A DNA stretch of 62,673 nt, filler included, from Rhabdomonas costata (GCA_019059605.1; 19 parts of 19 records of this genome joined end to end with filler, not necessarily neighbours in it); one strand, 5' to 3'. Shown: positions 26,307 through 40,198, counted from the whole stretch's first letter. The notes: a model not told the origin generated them from the letters alone. A program made the numbers and translations.

Positions 26307-26561
26307 CTNNNNNNNNNNNNNNNNNNNNNNNNNNNNNNNNNNNNNNNNNNNNTTAATTAATTAANNNNNNNNNNNNNNNNNNNNNNNNNNNNNNNNNNNN
26401 NNNNNNNNTGTTTTGTGGGTTTTGTGCTCAGACGCTCTTTTTCGTTTTTCGGGACAGTTAGTGTGCCGTGTCCCGAAAAACGAAAAAGAGCGTCTGAGCA
26501 CAAAACCCACAAACTCGCGTCAGCAGTGAGTCAGGAGACAGAAATGAAGAATAGAGCACAC

Positions 26562-29500
26562 CTTTCGGGGTGTACTCCTCGAGCCATGTGTAGGGGTCGG
26601 AGATAATCAGCAGCCCTCCCACGTTAATGCGCTCGTGAATCATTTCCAGGAACGACTTGGGATCATACAGCCGATCGATCAGGTTGATCGCCGTCACGAG
26701 GTCATAATTGTTGTACCTGAAATGAATCAAACCAGCACGACCACAAGATTATCTACACTAAAACAAACAAATACACGGCAGAAGCAAACGCTTCATACTT
26801 CGGATCAAGGTTGCAGGCATCCGCCTGAAAGAACTCAGGATTTGCTTTCAAACCCCGGAGATTCACCTCGTCCAATGTCACGGTAAGGTCCTGGGTGAGA
26901 TCCCCTAAAATAAAGCAGCAGCGCGATTCCAGCGAGACTGCCGTATGAAATGAGGAACATCTGTGTGTGGTATGTTAAAGACATGAGGTTCGCGCATATG
27001 CACACAGAGTACAGGTGAGGAAGACCTTCCTCTGCGACGGAAAACTTGACGTGCCCTTTCTCCATCAGCTGCAAGGCCATGCGGATGAACCGGGCCGAGA
27101 AGTCAAGTCCAATGACGTACTCAAAGCTGCGCGCCAGTTCGAACACTGTTCGCCCAACAGCACAGCCCAGGTCCAGGGCACGACGCATTGGATGACCTGC
27201 GAAGTAAAGAAGGACAAAAAGATACGAGGGAAGTGCACAGAAATTTGCCTGTGAGCACACATATCCACACCCTGCACCATCGAAAAATCATATTTTCGAG
27301 AGAACCTTGCCACTTCATACGGTATATGGCGCGCATCATGAGAGCTACAGCCGCAGCGATAATTCTGCAAAAACCTACCATTGAACCTGAAAGGCGAGAT
27401 GTGACCCTCGTAGGATCGTTTTAAGGTCTAAAAAAGGCCAAAACTTCCTGAAGCACCCCATAAAGTCACGCGCTGTGAGAGAAACCCACGTCGCTATGTC
27501 ACCTTTTCAGTGCGCCGTTTGCAAAGATACCTACTCCCAACAACCCAGCTGTTCAAATGCAACAATGCTTAAAACAAATCAATGTTTTTAACACGTTTTT
27601 TTAACACACAGCACACTTTTTTCCTAGGAAACATGGCTTGTAAGGTAAAAATGCCGTCTTTAGATTCCACCTCATATTCTGACTTTTGAGGTGGCACGAA
27701 AAACTCATTGCAACGTTCACTCCACCACGCCCCACAAAGCGGTTCTGGCAGGATCGATTTGAATGAATCGATCCGATGTGGTTGCGCGACGGTGGGATGG
27801 GTGAATCATCCCACACACGAAAAAAGCCCATGGCTAAAGACAACGCGCGGCGTGACGTAAAGCAATTATCGTTTATTTGAAGAGGGGGCGCACGCCTTGA
27901 CAAGCTTCGATGGCAATCTCAGCTACAGCCCTGGGGAAATTCGGGACACCGTAGTGCTCAGGGCCATAGTGGAAGTCACAGTAGAGGGACACCGAGGCGT
28001 CACGCTCATAAACGTCGTTCCGAATATGAACCTAGAGAAAAAGCACCACCAGTAAGAACAAAGACCCACAATATATTGTTGGGCGGAAAGTCATCCCAAG
28101 ACAAATCAAATGGAACTGAAACTTACACGCAGCACCACCTTTTGCTCCGAAGCGATGTAGCGGATCCCTGCGTGCTGAAAGAAGTGCCTGCGAAAGGCGT
28201 AGCGAGAGAAGCGGTTGGCCTCGTTGCCGGTGGAGATCCATGAACCCCCCTTTATCAGATTATGCTGAAGATCGAAGGTGGGCACCGAAAAATCGTCGTA
28301 CAGGGGGTGCACACGGAACCCCTTCCACGCATCAATGGGGGTCTCGGTGTGCTGCCAGACGTTACCCACGACGTCGTAAAGCCCTGAACCCACACACCCA
28401 CTTGCGGAAGGTCAAAAGGTCAGAAGCCAGCCTCCCACAGAATGAGAGAGACCTAAGCAAAGCGATTGCAGAAAGAATACCCAAACTCAAGGGAGTGAAA
28501 GTGGTACCTTGCGTAGTGGGCGGGAAGGCAGTTACAGGGGTCGAGCTGCAGTAGTACTCAAGATTGAGGTTTCCAGGAGCCCGGTCCCAAAAAGGGTGGT
28601 CGCCCGCCACCTGCTCGCGTATCACCTCGAACTGCAAAACCACATAACACAAAACAAAGAAACAACTAAATACAAAGTGAAAGAACGAATGGAAAAATGT
28701 CCTCTCTGAAGGAAACGCGAACACAAGCACACACACCTCCTCCTCGGTGGGAAGGCGGATGGGCTTGCCCGTCTTCGCCGCCTTCCAGTTGCAGAAGGCC
28801 TTAGCCTCCAAGTTGTTGACCTCCACCGGCCAGTCCCAGGGCATTTCCCTCTCCCTCAGCATCGTCCGGAAGCGGTACGAGGAAACCGGGGCGTCAGGGC
28901 CACCACTCTCCCTCACGGGAACCCAAAAAATGGGGTGCTGAACCTTCTTCGCCGCGCGGAAGTTGGCCCACTTCCACCCCTCCTCAGTCCACCACCTCTG
29001 CTCGCGATAACCGCCATCCTCAACTGGGGAAAAACATAACCATCCAAACGCCAGTGATGGAAACGCACCAGTCCTCATTCCTTTTTTGTCTCAAATCGTA
29101 GCCCGGACCAACGATCGGGTCCGACCAACCAAACTAGTTCCGCAGCTCGATTCCCGCGCTTCAATTTCACTGGCTGTTTCCATCGTTCGATAAATTTTTC
29201 AGTTCTTCTTCCCCAGATTCAAAAATATACTTCTCCAAGGGAATTTCCACAAAGAGCAATATTCTTGCCAAATCCCTAAATACCCCGACACAGACACTTG
29301 TATTCGATGCTTTGCCCAGCGCATCTGCAAACTAAAGGCATCGTGTTTGTACCAAAGTCGAGGTACTCGCGGTTAGTGACCAGAAACTTGGACGCCGCAA
29401 AGGGAGAGATGGTGGCAGTGTGCTGTCCATATTCGTTGTCCCATCCGTAGAGGTTGTGGTCGTGCGCCTTGCCTGGAAGGAGTAAAACGAAATGGGTGAG

Positions 29501-29600
29501 GTGGGAAAGGAAGCGCGACAGGCTTTCAAAAGAAAGCATTTAAAACCATCCCACACCAAGGGTGACTTGCTTGGCCTCGGAAAGAACAGGCACGAGCTCG
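26562..29600 (-). CDS. ovoA: Ovothiol biosynthesis protein OvoA (FGE-like + SAM methyltransferase domains), 9 exons, partial
   Basis: Motifs: [127 protein letters not shown]. All exons splice in frame. Confidence 0.93.
27324..27700 (+). repeat. Dispersed repeat family A, copy 2 (in an ovoA intron)
   Basis: Colinear similarity to 17007-17360 on a different contig. Confidence 0.8.
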
Positions 29601-30214
29601 NNNNNNNNNNNNNNNNNNNNNNNNNNNNNNNNNNNNNNNNNNNNTTAATTAATTAANNNNNNNNNNNNNNNNNNNNNNNNNNNNNNNNNNNNNNNNNNNN
29701 AAAGATAGAAATGTCACCCGTTAGCATCACCCTGCAGGCAAGAGTGCCAGGAGTGATCTGTTCTTTTTCCGCGGTTTTACCCTAACTTCAAAAGCGGATA
29801 CATCGGAGCCGCATAAAAATTGCAGGGTTTAAAGCCACTTACCAGTCGACAGTCATGGTCTTCTCTTTTCATTCTCTGACTCTCATCTCCCTTCCTTCAT
29901 CCCCCACTGCAGGTCCTATGTAAATCGCTCAATTGTGATCCCCATTTTCGCATTCCACGCAATCTCGCGTTGCCTTGTCAATTGTTTCTTATGAGCCAAA
30001 CTTCAGCAGTACAGTCAGGTCAGTTGATTACCGACGGTAAATTTACCAACGATAGTTGATCACCGCTGTCCTGGAATTCGTCGATTAGCAATCACCGCTT
30101 TGCCTAAAAGAATCGATTATGAATGCCAATGCCGGGCCTGTTGCCCTCAGACCGGTACCCGTACCCCCACAGTCTTTTAGTCTTTCGGCGCGAATTCCTC
30201 AGCGCAAAAGGCAC

Positions 30215-30987
30215 CTTGTACGCCAGCAGAAGACAAATGGTCTCCAAGGACTGCCGGCCGCGATCGACGTAATCCCCGAGAAACAGGTAGTTGGCCTCCG
30301 GGGGAAACCCACCCAGCTCAAACATGCGCAAGAGGTCCGTGTACTGACCATGGACATCACCGCAAATTTTTACCGGGGCCTCCATCTTGAGAAACGATCG
30401 CAAGAGCAAAAAAGTGCGATCAGCCGAAGTGCCATGATTCAAGACAGGAGCGACATTCAGGGCGGGTGACATTCCTTGTGACACCTTTGGAAACTTTCGC
30501 GTGAGTAGGTGGCCCAGCGATGCTGAAAGAAAAAAGAAGGTTCTTCTCCCTCCTGGTAGTGGACGCACAGCGCTTTTCACAAGTCGATAACCGCGGGACA
30601 GTTTACCCATTACAGTCGATTACTCAAGCCTGATGCGCAGTCTGAAGCAAAGCTCTCCTAATCCTGTCAAATTTCCTGACCTCGCTCAGACTCGATTTGA
30701 CATTTCCGAACTGTGCCAAAAGCCGAGCCCCACTGAGGCAGACGAGGGCAGGTAAGTTAAAATGTGCCTTTTTCTCGCATGAAGTCCATGGGGAAAAGGA
30801 AAACCGAGAGCGCTCGCAGGCTCAGAGACCTCCAGTAGCATTCCCTGGCTCATGAAGATCTCCCGCGTTTTGAGAACAAGCCCCTTGACTCCAGCTCGGT
30901 CATTGCAGCGGGCTTAATCGTGCGCTCGTCGCACCCACGCGACTCCAGCAGCTTATCCAGTACAGGAGCGACATCAATCTCTATCAT
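30215..30987 (-). CDS. Ser/Thr protein phosphatase PP1 catalytic subunit, first two exons, with a 1-nt frameshift
   Basis: Exon 30987-30830 reads [38 protein letters not shown]. Exon 30385-30215 reads [57 protein letters not shown]. Confidence 0.9.
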
Positions 30988-33711
30988 GACGCTGCCTTGG
31001 CAGGGAAAGGCAACACGCAAGGAGGCGAACCCGACAGAGCTTCAAGCATTTCTTCGACAGAAGAAAGCCATCACACTAAAGACAAACACACGCTCGACGT
31101 CAAAGGCCTGACAGAAAAAAGAAAGAAAGGATTTACAGATAAAGAAATGTTCACATAGTTTTCCCGAATAAAAACCGACCAACGGATATTGGGTAAGGCA
31201 CAACTTGTCGCAATTGCTGGACAGTAGACGACCTGTCGTCACATTGAACAAACAAGGAACGACAAGGAAAAAATGCCGGGCCGTCCAACCGGTAACGGCT
31301 GGACATACCACTCACTCACAGCTTCCCTCCAGGCGGTGCAGCATCACTCCGCACGTGCACAAAGTCTTATGGGGAGACCCGACACCAGCATTGCCCAAAG
31401 AAGTGTGACGGAAGGATGCCGAGCCACCCATTTTCCCCCCGCACAGGGCATTCCACTCACCCTCCTGCCCCGTGCAGCATTGGATTTCCAAATTGCGGTA
31501 TTGCATCTCCACTTTTTGACTTGCTCGCAATGTGATAAAGCTCCATTTAAAAATTCCCTAACACACAGTTAAATGAGTCAATGGTGTCAAATGCAGATTC
31601 TTGTGCAGCTTCTTCCCTGGACGGTATGCTCGTGAGGTGGGGGCTTGAAATCTGCTGCTGCTAATGCTTGTTTTTTCTTTCTTTTTTTATGCACACGGAA
31701 ACCTTCCTTCTGCAGGTTGTAAATTTTTGACTTTTTCTGTGTCCGAAAATAGCCCGTTGGGCGCAAATTTTTTTGCACTTCCATACCCAGGGGGTGGTGC
31801 ACATACCGTTGCATTTCACTACCCCAGTTATCATTTCCGGTGCAGATTCTTCCCTGGTTGGTATGTGGGAGCTTCTTCACATCAGAGCCTTGCCCCCTTT
31901 TTCTTTCTTCATTATTGCACAGCATAACCCTCACGTTGTACGTTGTAACCTTCACTGCGTGTTGTGACCTGTCTCTCTCTCTCTTCCAAAAGGGCTGCAA
32001 CACGTGTAGTGAAGACTGAAGAACCAAACCAAAACTAAAAATGCAGGAAATGCATGGGTGCACCCGGAGATCACTGTGACCTTGGAGCTAGATGGCGTGC
32101 CAAAGCGCCAAGTTTGAATGCTTTAGTTGGGTTCTCATCATTAAAAAAGAACCTCGAGCGTTGCAGCGTGGCCCCCAGAACGTGTAAACACGCTTTCTCG
32201 CCCCAAATAAAGGAGATGTTTTTTGATGAAGAAGTGAAAAGGAAAACCAGGGTGACCCAAGAAGGGTGACCCGCGCCCCAGGGCTTGGTGACCAGACGTC
32301 ACAACACCAGGCATCCAAAGCATCCAAAGTGACAGCTTGTAGTCAAAACCACAAACCAACCAAAAAGCAAACATTAAATTGAGGTGACGTCGTTCAAGCA
32401 CACAGAAAAGAACATCCAGTTCATTAATAATGACTTACAAAACATCCAGAGCAAAAAGACGACTGAGCATCAAAACACCCGATTTCAATTCACGTGATGT
32501 TTGAGCTCCTATTCAGGGTGCCCTGAGGGGAAATGTCCAAGAGTGCAACCCCAAAATCCACGGAACGGTCAACCTTCTCTTCGATCAATGGGGAGGTCTC
32601 ATCGAACGATCGAACTTAAGTACGGACTGAAATCCCTTTCCTATGCTGTTCTCTTTTCGGCACGTGTGTTCCCATGAGCATGAGCATCAGAAAAGACAGA
32701 TTTAATACAAGTCCCGTTTGAGCTAAGCCAAGCCATCATTTATAAAAAGAGAAAAGCCAAAAACCACAGCCTCGGCCCGTCAGCAATTTGTCTCTGTCAT
32801 GATTTCAGACTCGTCAACCACCGTCATTTCCGCAGATGGCTGAAGGTTAACCAAAAGCTGTGTCAAACGACACGTGTGCGGTTGTTGTGAAGTACCCACC
32901 CAACCCANNNNNNNNNNNNNNNNNNNNNNNNNNNNNNNNNNNNNNNNNNNNTTAATTAATTAANNNNNNNNNNNNNNNNNNNNNNNNNNNNNNNNNNNNN
33001 NNNNNNNTTTTTTGTGGCTATCGGATTCTCTGGATGTTGTGCGTACACACCTGCGTATTTTGGGCAAGGATGGTGGGAGAGGTGCATTCAGTCTCTTGTC
33101 TTGTCTTGTGTTTTTGGTAAGAGAGATAGTAGCAGCAGTGGACTCTACCCTAGTGTGATTTTCCAGGGCCTGTTCTGCTTGTGATGCTGGTATCAGTCCT
33201 CCATTTTCCGGCCGTCGCGGGAAATGGCCCGCCATCGTTCCTGTTAAACCCCTGTGGCACACTGTACGGAATCTTCTTGAAACACTCTCTAAAATTCACT
33301 TCTAGGGGTTCTGGCACATGTTATCCAACCGATTCCGTTATCTTTGGAAATAATACTGTTGGGAACTGTAACGGTTGCGCCCCCCCTCCCCCTGTTTGCA
33401 GCCTGCGTGTGTGGTGGGCACAAGTGCAGTTTTGTTGGAACTCTTCAGTGTTCGGTGTTATGCCTTGTTTTCCCTTCCCGGCTCTTCTTTTTTCATGGCA
33501 GCACGGCAAAGGCGGGGTAAGCTCCACCAAAGTGTGCCAGCGAATTCGCTCGACACAGCAAAAATGACACACACAAGTTGAAGGGTAGGGTTCAAGCCAA
33601 GAGCCAGAGAAGAAAGACGGATCTGAGAAATCCCGCCTGGAAGGAACCACCAGGAATGCTGCAGGCCTTGTTCTACGAGGACAAGTACGGACAGCCCCCT
33701 CAGCTGCAGAT

Positions 33712-36206
33712 TCAAGCTCCCCCCTGCATGGCCCTGGTGGAGCACGAGGACTGCAACGCTCTCGTGGAGCTGAAGCGGAAGCGCCCGAAGACTGGCGCCG
33801 TGCCATCGCAACACCCAAGACCTACAGAATCACGACAACGCCGAGTGGTCGGTGGCCCGTTGTAGTACTTGTTGGGACTGGTTGAGAACGGAAAAAAGGG
33901 TGAAAAGGCTGAGTAACATTGATGAGTGGCGCCTGAGGATGCAAGTATGATTTGCACAGAGAGTACGGTTGATGCAAAGATGCATTCCTCATGAAAATTT
34001 CCTGGATACGAGCCATAACCGCCTGCTTTTGTCGTGTTTTCTGTGTCAAAGCAAAGAAGACCTATGTGTGTTGAATGCGGACGGGATGCTGACGCCAGGC
34101 CATCGCCCCTCCCTGGGAGAGTAAACAGGCAACAAAAACGGGGCACTATGTAGAAGTACTACTCCATTCTCAAAAGCAGGCGGGTGGCTCGCTCCGATAA
34201 AAATATTCTTGATAACCCCTTCAATTCCGAGCCTAGTGAGAGGAAAAATTACATTAAAAAATTACATTCAACAAGAGAGCAGATGGTTCATTACGCCACA
34301 AAACGTCATTATATCCATTTACTTCATTCAGCGGAGCAAAAGACAAACTGAAAACACCCACATAAACCAACGCACCAGCGATGGTGGACCATTGTGCTTG
34401 AAGGAAGCGGCGAAAAACGAAATTTCCTAGCAAGGTGAGAAGTGTTGAATGCTTGCGTGAAAAACAAGCTTTAGGGTGTTCTGTTTGTGTGTTCCTTATC
34501 TTTACTTTACCTTTAAAAAAGCAGAACACACCAAAAATTATTGTGGCATGTTTTTTAATATTTTGCGCTGTTAACACATTCAGCTTTGCCTTCCCGCTTT
34601 TTTTCGAGGGGAGCAAAAAGGAATATTTTTATTTTGAAGTTTTTTATTTCTGTGGTGCATGGGGTTTTTCTGATTAAGATAGACAGTTTGAGAGTTCTGG
34701 GAGTAGAGGGCTAAGTGGGAGAGAACACGTCCCGGAGGTTACTGAAGCCCGAAAATGCTCATCTTTTTGCCAAAGAAAGTTAGCGGGAAGTGTTCACACC
34801 AAATTTTTCTATTGCTAAAACTGAAACGTTCGGAGAAAGTACGCAAACCACCCTCGCCGTCTTCATGTTACTTTTCACTGCAAGGATCACCGCAAGGATG
34901 CGATGGGTGTTTTCCATCGCGCGCCATCGTTCGTTTCATTACGTTTCCCCAATGACCCGAACTTGTTTGAAAGTGCCCTCCCCACTCTGGAAAATGGCGC
35001 TCGTTTTGTGTGGCTTAGACGGGTGTTAGGGTGTGGATGTTTTTTGGACCGTGGGAGTTCGCTGACAAAAGACCAGAGGTTCCGCCATGCTCCACCGGCA
35101 GCCACCTCGGTGTGAAATTCAACCCTACGAGACGATTCGAAGCCAATTGCGCGCCTGGCAAAACGCAGGCCGCAGGTCCGCCCCGGTGTCTGGGGGGGAG
35201 TGGTGGGATTTCGTTATCCAGCAGAATTCGGAAAGCGCACCCCCCGGCTGGTGAATTGGAGTCAAAACAGATGTTTTTCATATATCGTTTCGAGCCAACT
35301 GTTGAGTAGGCGGAAAGAGCAGACGCCACAAAAGACGTGGCTCGCCCCCCTTAGATGACTTCGACAACCGTGGTGCGGGGTGCGCGACGGCACCCGAGGG
35401 CACCCTTCTAATGATATAGCGGCTTTGGTTAAGGTGCGAGTGCCTGGACGGAATTTTATCCAACCTGTGTGGGTGTATTTTTGTTCGTGCCTTGAGGGAT
35501 CAGCAAATTTTGAAAATGTGAGAATAGAGCACTCACTTTCTGGAATCTAGTACACAAATTAAACCACCATTATAATATATAATGTTTGGTATTAGGACGC
35601 CGCGTTTCATTACGAAGTGTGCGGGAACGCAAAATGCGAAGCTGCTGCAAGTAGCATAAGCCACAACACTGATCATCGTTTATGTGAACTGCGTTGACTC
35701 CCTCCACTCGGACCACCGTCGACCAGTCCGCTCGGATGTTTTTTTGCAAGTTGGGCACCATTGCCACGGAGGTTGTGCAGAAGGCAGTCTTTTAGCACAA
35801 AGCAAACGTTATGCCCTCTGAATACTACGTCTTTTGGGAGCAAGACCGTCAGCGTTGGAAGGTACTTTGCCAGATTATTCAGGGGGTTAACGGTTGGAAA
35901 ATGAAGATGCTTGACCTTCAACAATCTTGCACGCAGGGATACGTGTGGCCTTTTTCATTCTTGTTGTAGTTTGTGTGACCTGACTTGTCTGAAGTTCCTT
36001 TTCACCTCGTCACTTTTCTGAGATGTGCGGCAGGCTTTTACACCCCCAGTCCCGGCTTTTTCTTCTTCCGTTTGCGAACCGGTCCAGACAGCCTTTGCGA
36101 TGCGATGCGTGTGCCCATGTGCGGTTGTTTGTGACCTCGAGGTCTGAACAAGAGGAGGTGGTGGTGAAGCCAAACCAACTGACGTGGGAGTTGCGGTATC
36201 TACTGG
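33712..36206 (-). CDS. Possible multi-exon hypothetical gene
   Basis: A series of pyrimidine-AG/GT-bounded open segments, e.g. LLKVKHLHFPTVNPLNNLAKYLPTLT|TAFCTTSVAMVPNLQKNIRADWSTV and KTRQKQAVMARIQEIFMRNASLHQP. No family recognised. Confidence 0.3.
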
Positions 36207-37104
36207 NNNNNNNNNNNNNNNNNNNNNNNNNNNNNNNNNNNNNNNNNNNNTTAATTAATTAANNNNNNNNNNNNNNNNNNNNNNNNNNNNNNNNNNNNNN
36301 NNNNNNTATGCGTTGGGTTCTTTGCCTCTCTTACATGGGCTATACATCGATACAGTGAGGGGAGATGAGTACAGGCCTCCGTCTAGTTCTGCCTTTGGGG
36401 CGCAGCACGAAGGCCAACAGCAAGGCGGCCTATATCAGCTATAACAGGACACCAACCTGCTTGTTTCAAGGACCGGAACCATTTTGGTCCCACATAGTTT
36501 ATCACAATCACTAGGCCGCTCTCTCTCTCTCTCTCTCGAATTGTGTTCTTGGAATGAGAAACGGGCTGCATCTGCGTGAGCGCTCGCATGCTTGCTTGTG
36601 TATGTGTGTGCCCAGATTTTCGGATTATGGACACTCCGACGATTCACTCCAACGGCTTCCACTTCCAGTTCGACACCAGCCAGGGCAGCATCTTCCGTGT
36701 CACAGGAGCGCCCCGGGGATCCGTGCGGGCTTGCACATGGATCGAGCTGCGGTTTAAGGCAGAGCTGGTGGGGGGCGGTCAGCCGGGCAGAGGTGAGGTT
36801 GGCGGCGGCGGCGGGGTTTCGCTCGCCTTGCTGCTTGCACTTTATGGTATGTTCCTTGGGACTTACGAATTGTTACTAGTGCTGAGAAGCGGCCTAATAC
36901 AGCTGTTGCTGTGTGCCTCTCGAAGTTAACGTCCCGCCTTTTTGGCCGTTACTTTTGCATCTTGCATCTTATGAATTCCTCCGGACTCCCTTTGTTTTCC
37001 TTTCATCCCCAACAACAACGTAAATTGCACCAGAAAACAGAAAACAGAAAGCAGGGAACAGCAAGAAAAGGAAAGTTCCCAAATTAAAACAAGCGCAGGG
37101 TTAC

Positions 37105-39371
37105 CTCACGGAGTTTCTCCCCAAGCATCTTCACGATGCCCTCCACAAACGCGTCCCGAACCGAGTCTGGATCCTCTGGTGAGCAGCTGCTGCTGGGCTG
37201 CAGAGTGGCCCCAGCTGGGCTGCGCTCAAAAGTTTCAACAAAGGGCAGGTGCCGCGCCAGGGCCTGCGAGGCGAACAGGAAGGCCCACTCCGGCTTGTCC
37301 AGGCGTGCCGTGGGCCGCTCTGGGCAGCAAAAGTATTACACAAAGCGCTGCCTTAGGGGTTCCACGAATAGCTCTGCCGGGTGGTGGTCGGCACCCTGGG
37401 CATCCTCTCCGCCGCCCCTTGGCATTGCTCCTTCTGCAACCTGACCGACAAAGAAGGGGAAAACCTAACAACTACCCACCGTAATTCAGCACTGCCGCAT
37501 TGAGTCCTTTGCCGGTATGTTGCAGCATAGGTATGGTAGCAACTGCGGCCCCTGCGCTATGAAAGGAAAGGCACGCACACACCTGTTTGAGGCGGATCTT
37601 TCGGTCCCGGCATTCTCCCAGGCAACCCTCAAGTACCTGGGTTTATATGGTGATGGGCGACTCGAGAAATTCATTGGTGTGTGTGTATGTGAGTAGGGTT
37701 AAGCAACGGATGGAAGGGCTCCAGGTGTTCGCCCTGTTCTTCTTTAGTTTTGTCTCGCAAACTCGCTGTATCACTGCAAGCCATCCCCCATACCATGAAG
37801 TACCGGCCATAAAGACTGAAAATAGGGACAAACCGGAGAGCTTAAACGCACCTCCAGATGGTAATGCAACCGCAGCCGGTGCACCGCCATCACCATGGAC
37901 CACACGTGAAGCAGTTCCTCAGCAACACGATGCTGGGACACCGAGAAGGGGGTGGCAGGACCTGGGGTGGTGCTGGGGTACTGCGCCGTGGTCAGCAGCC
38001 CTCTGAACTCAGCGCAAAGCGAACCTGCACCCCCACACTACCAAAAATGAGAGCGTTGCTTTTGGCTGGCATCCTGCCCGCTGCAATTGATGCAATGTAT
38101 ATCCGGAATTCAAATCATAATTGCCCGCAGTTTCCAAACTACCAACAAGGTCTGCTTATACAGAAGAATCAGAAGCTCTTGCTTAAAAAGAGCTTGACCG
38201 CGGGGTCCAATGGAAGAAATGCATGTCACTTCATAACTTCTCCGATGCTGACACATTGCCAACTTGGCAGATGAACCAGACACGGACGATCCAAATGGCA
38301 ATAGCTCGAAAGGAAAAAATAGGGGGGGGGGGTGAATTTGTACCATAGAGTTCAAGAAGCAGAGCTCCAAACTCGCTTTTCGACGTAGCAAACATTCCGC
38401 TCATGCTCAAGTCCCGGGCGTTCTCATCTGGTACAACCTGGAGACAGGCGCAACAGTCAAAAGTGTAAAGAAGTCGCGCCACGTCTGGAAGACATTTCCC
38501 ACCCCAAGCGCAAAATGTACCAAGGCACCCTCTGCCTCGAGGGAATGTTCGCTGGGAGCTGCCTCAATGCTGGCCGAGGATACAAATGACTTCGCTTGCG
38601 AAGCTAGCTGAACGGCATTGCGGTATTGCTTTTCCTGAAGAGGACAAGGCATGAACACATTGACGCTGTCCAAACGATGGTAAACTTCTGCGCGGGATGC
38701 AAGTGGATTACCTGCAAGGCACTCTTGGCATCCGCGACAAGCGTTCTCAGAGTTTGCAGCGGGCGAAGCTGACAAAAACATGGGCGGACCCCCACAGACA
38801 GAACCCCAAAAGCCCAAAACGAAAATGCTAACAAAAACCGGCAACAACAAGCATGTCGAGAATAAGAGCTGAAAAAACGCATCACTTAAGTGCAATGCAA
38901 ATGGTGTGGAAAACAAGAGCCACTGCCCTCCCAAAATGGCAGAAAATAGAAAAATACCTCCTCGGATATCTGCTGCAGCATTTGAAATTTGGCAAGCTTT
39001 GAATGTAGCGCGGACAAAATTACTTGAACTTTGCCAGCGTAGGCTTGCTTCTCGAGAAGCTCACTTTGCAATTTAGTCTGAAGCACAAAATCAGAGAAAA
39101 GAATCACACGCAGTCAATTCCGTAGGGAGAAAAGTTGAAGAAAGCGCAAAAACGGAGATGAGAAGAGGACGAAGGAAGCTGGACATCGTGAATGCTGGCA
39201 CACCTGAAGGGAAGCCAGTTCTGGGATGCTTCGATTCAGCCGTTCCAGTGAAGCACTCCTGCGAGCTTCCGTGTCGAGCTGCAGTTCTTGAAGGCAATGC
39301 TCAGCCTGCTGCAAGGTGAAGGGCAAGCTCAGTAGCTCCTCACGAGATATTCTCATTGTAGAGGAAGGCAT
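37105..39371 (-). CDS. RINT1: RINT-1/Tip20 family tethering protein, N-terminal part, with an in-frame TAA
   Basis: Coiled-coil N-terminal exons start at ATG 39371. The exon ending at 37105 reads HPAELFVEPLRQRFV*YFCCPERPTARLDKPEWAF, matching the RINT-1 signature PLxxRFxYHF...T..L.KPEW. Confidence 0.75.
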
Positions 39372-40198
39372 CGTCGGAGAAAACGAAACAAAAATGCCTG
39401 CACCCCGAACAGGTCGAAGCTGGGGGCTTCTGTACCGGGCCACTAGGGAAATCGAGCCTCGGAGGACCACCCAACACTCACTTGCCCATGGTCCCACACA
39501 TANNNNNNNNNNNNNNNNNNNNNNNNNNNNNNNNNNNNNNNNNNNNTTAATTAATTAANNNNNNNNNNNNNNNNNNNNNNNNNNNNNNNNNNNNNNNNNN
39601 NNGGTGGTTGTTACGAATTCTTGGATGTTTTGACAACATTGTTTCAGTCTGTTTGCTGTTGACACTAATAATTTTCTCTCTCCGACGCTCGCAGCAGCAC
39701 ATCCCGAGAAACCCATCCCCAGTGGTAGAGAACTTTCCCATCTGAATTAAAAGTATAAATTTGCCGGACACCGGGTTCCAAAAATACCGAATCGACCACA
39801 TCATGACAACTGACAAAACGGAGGCTACCCCCGGTACCTCAACACAGACAGCGCCTTTACCCCAGGTTTCAGATCTTGGTTGTCCAAATCACACACACAC
39901 ACAAAAGGTATTGCTTCTTCTCTACCCAATGACTTCAGACTCAGTGGTTTTCCCCGAGATCGTTGCGCATACGGAGGGTGCCCTACCTCACCGTGCTTTT
40001 TGCAGTTTGTCTCTCGAAATCAAACTTCTGCTTGACTGAAAAACTGGATTCTACGCCACCATGTGGAGAATCCCTGGCCATACTGTTTCGTAGAGTACAC
40101 AAGAGGTGTGTGCAAGCGGAATTTCTATTTCCCTAATTCCAAGACAGGCACACTCGGCAAAGCCAGACGAAAACAAATGCATCAAAAAACACGCGAGC

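Noticed and set aside
23107..29600. Apparent nadB-ovoA(-USP) redox gene cluster
   Set aside because: The genes are on separate contigs joined by artificial spacers, so the adjacency is arbitrary.
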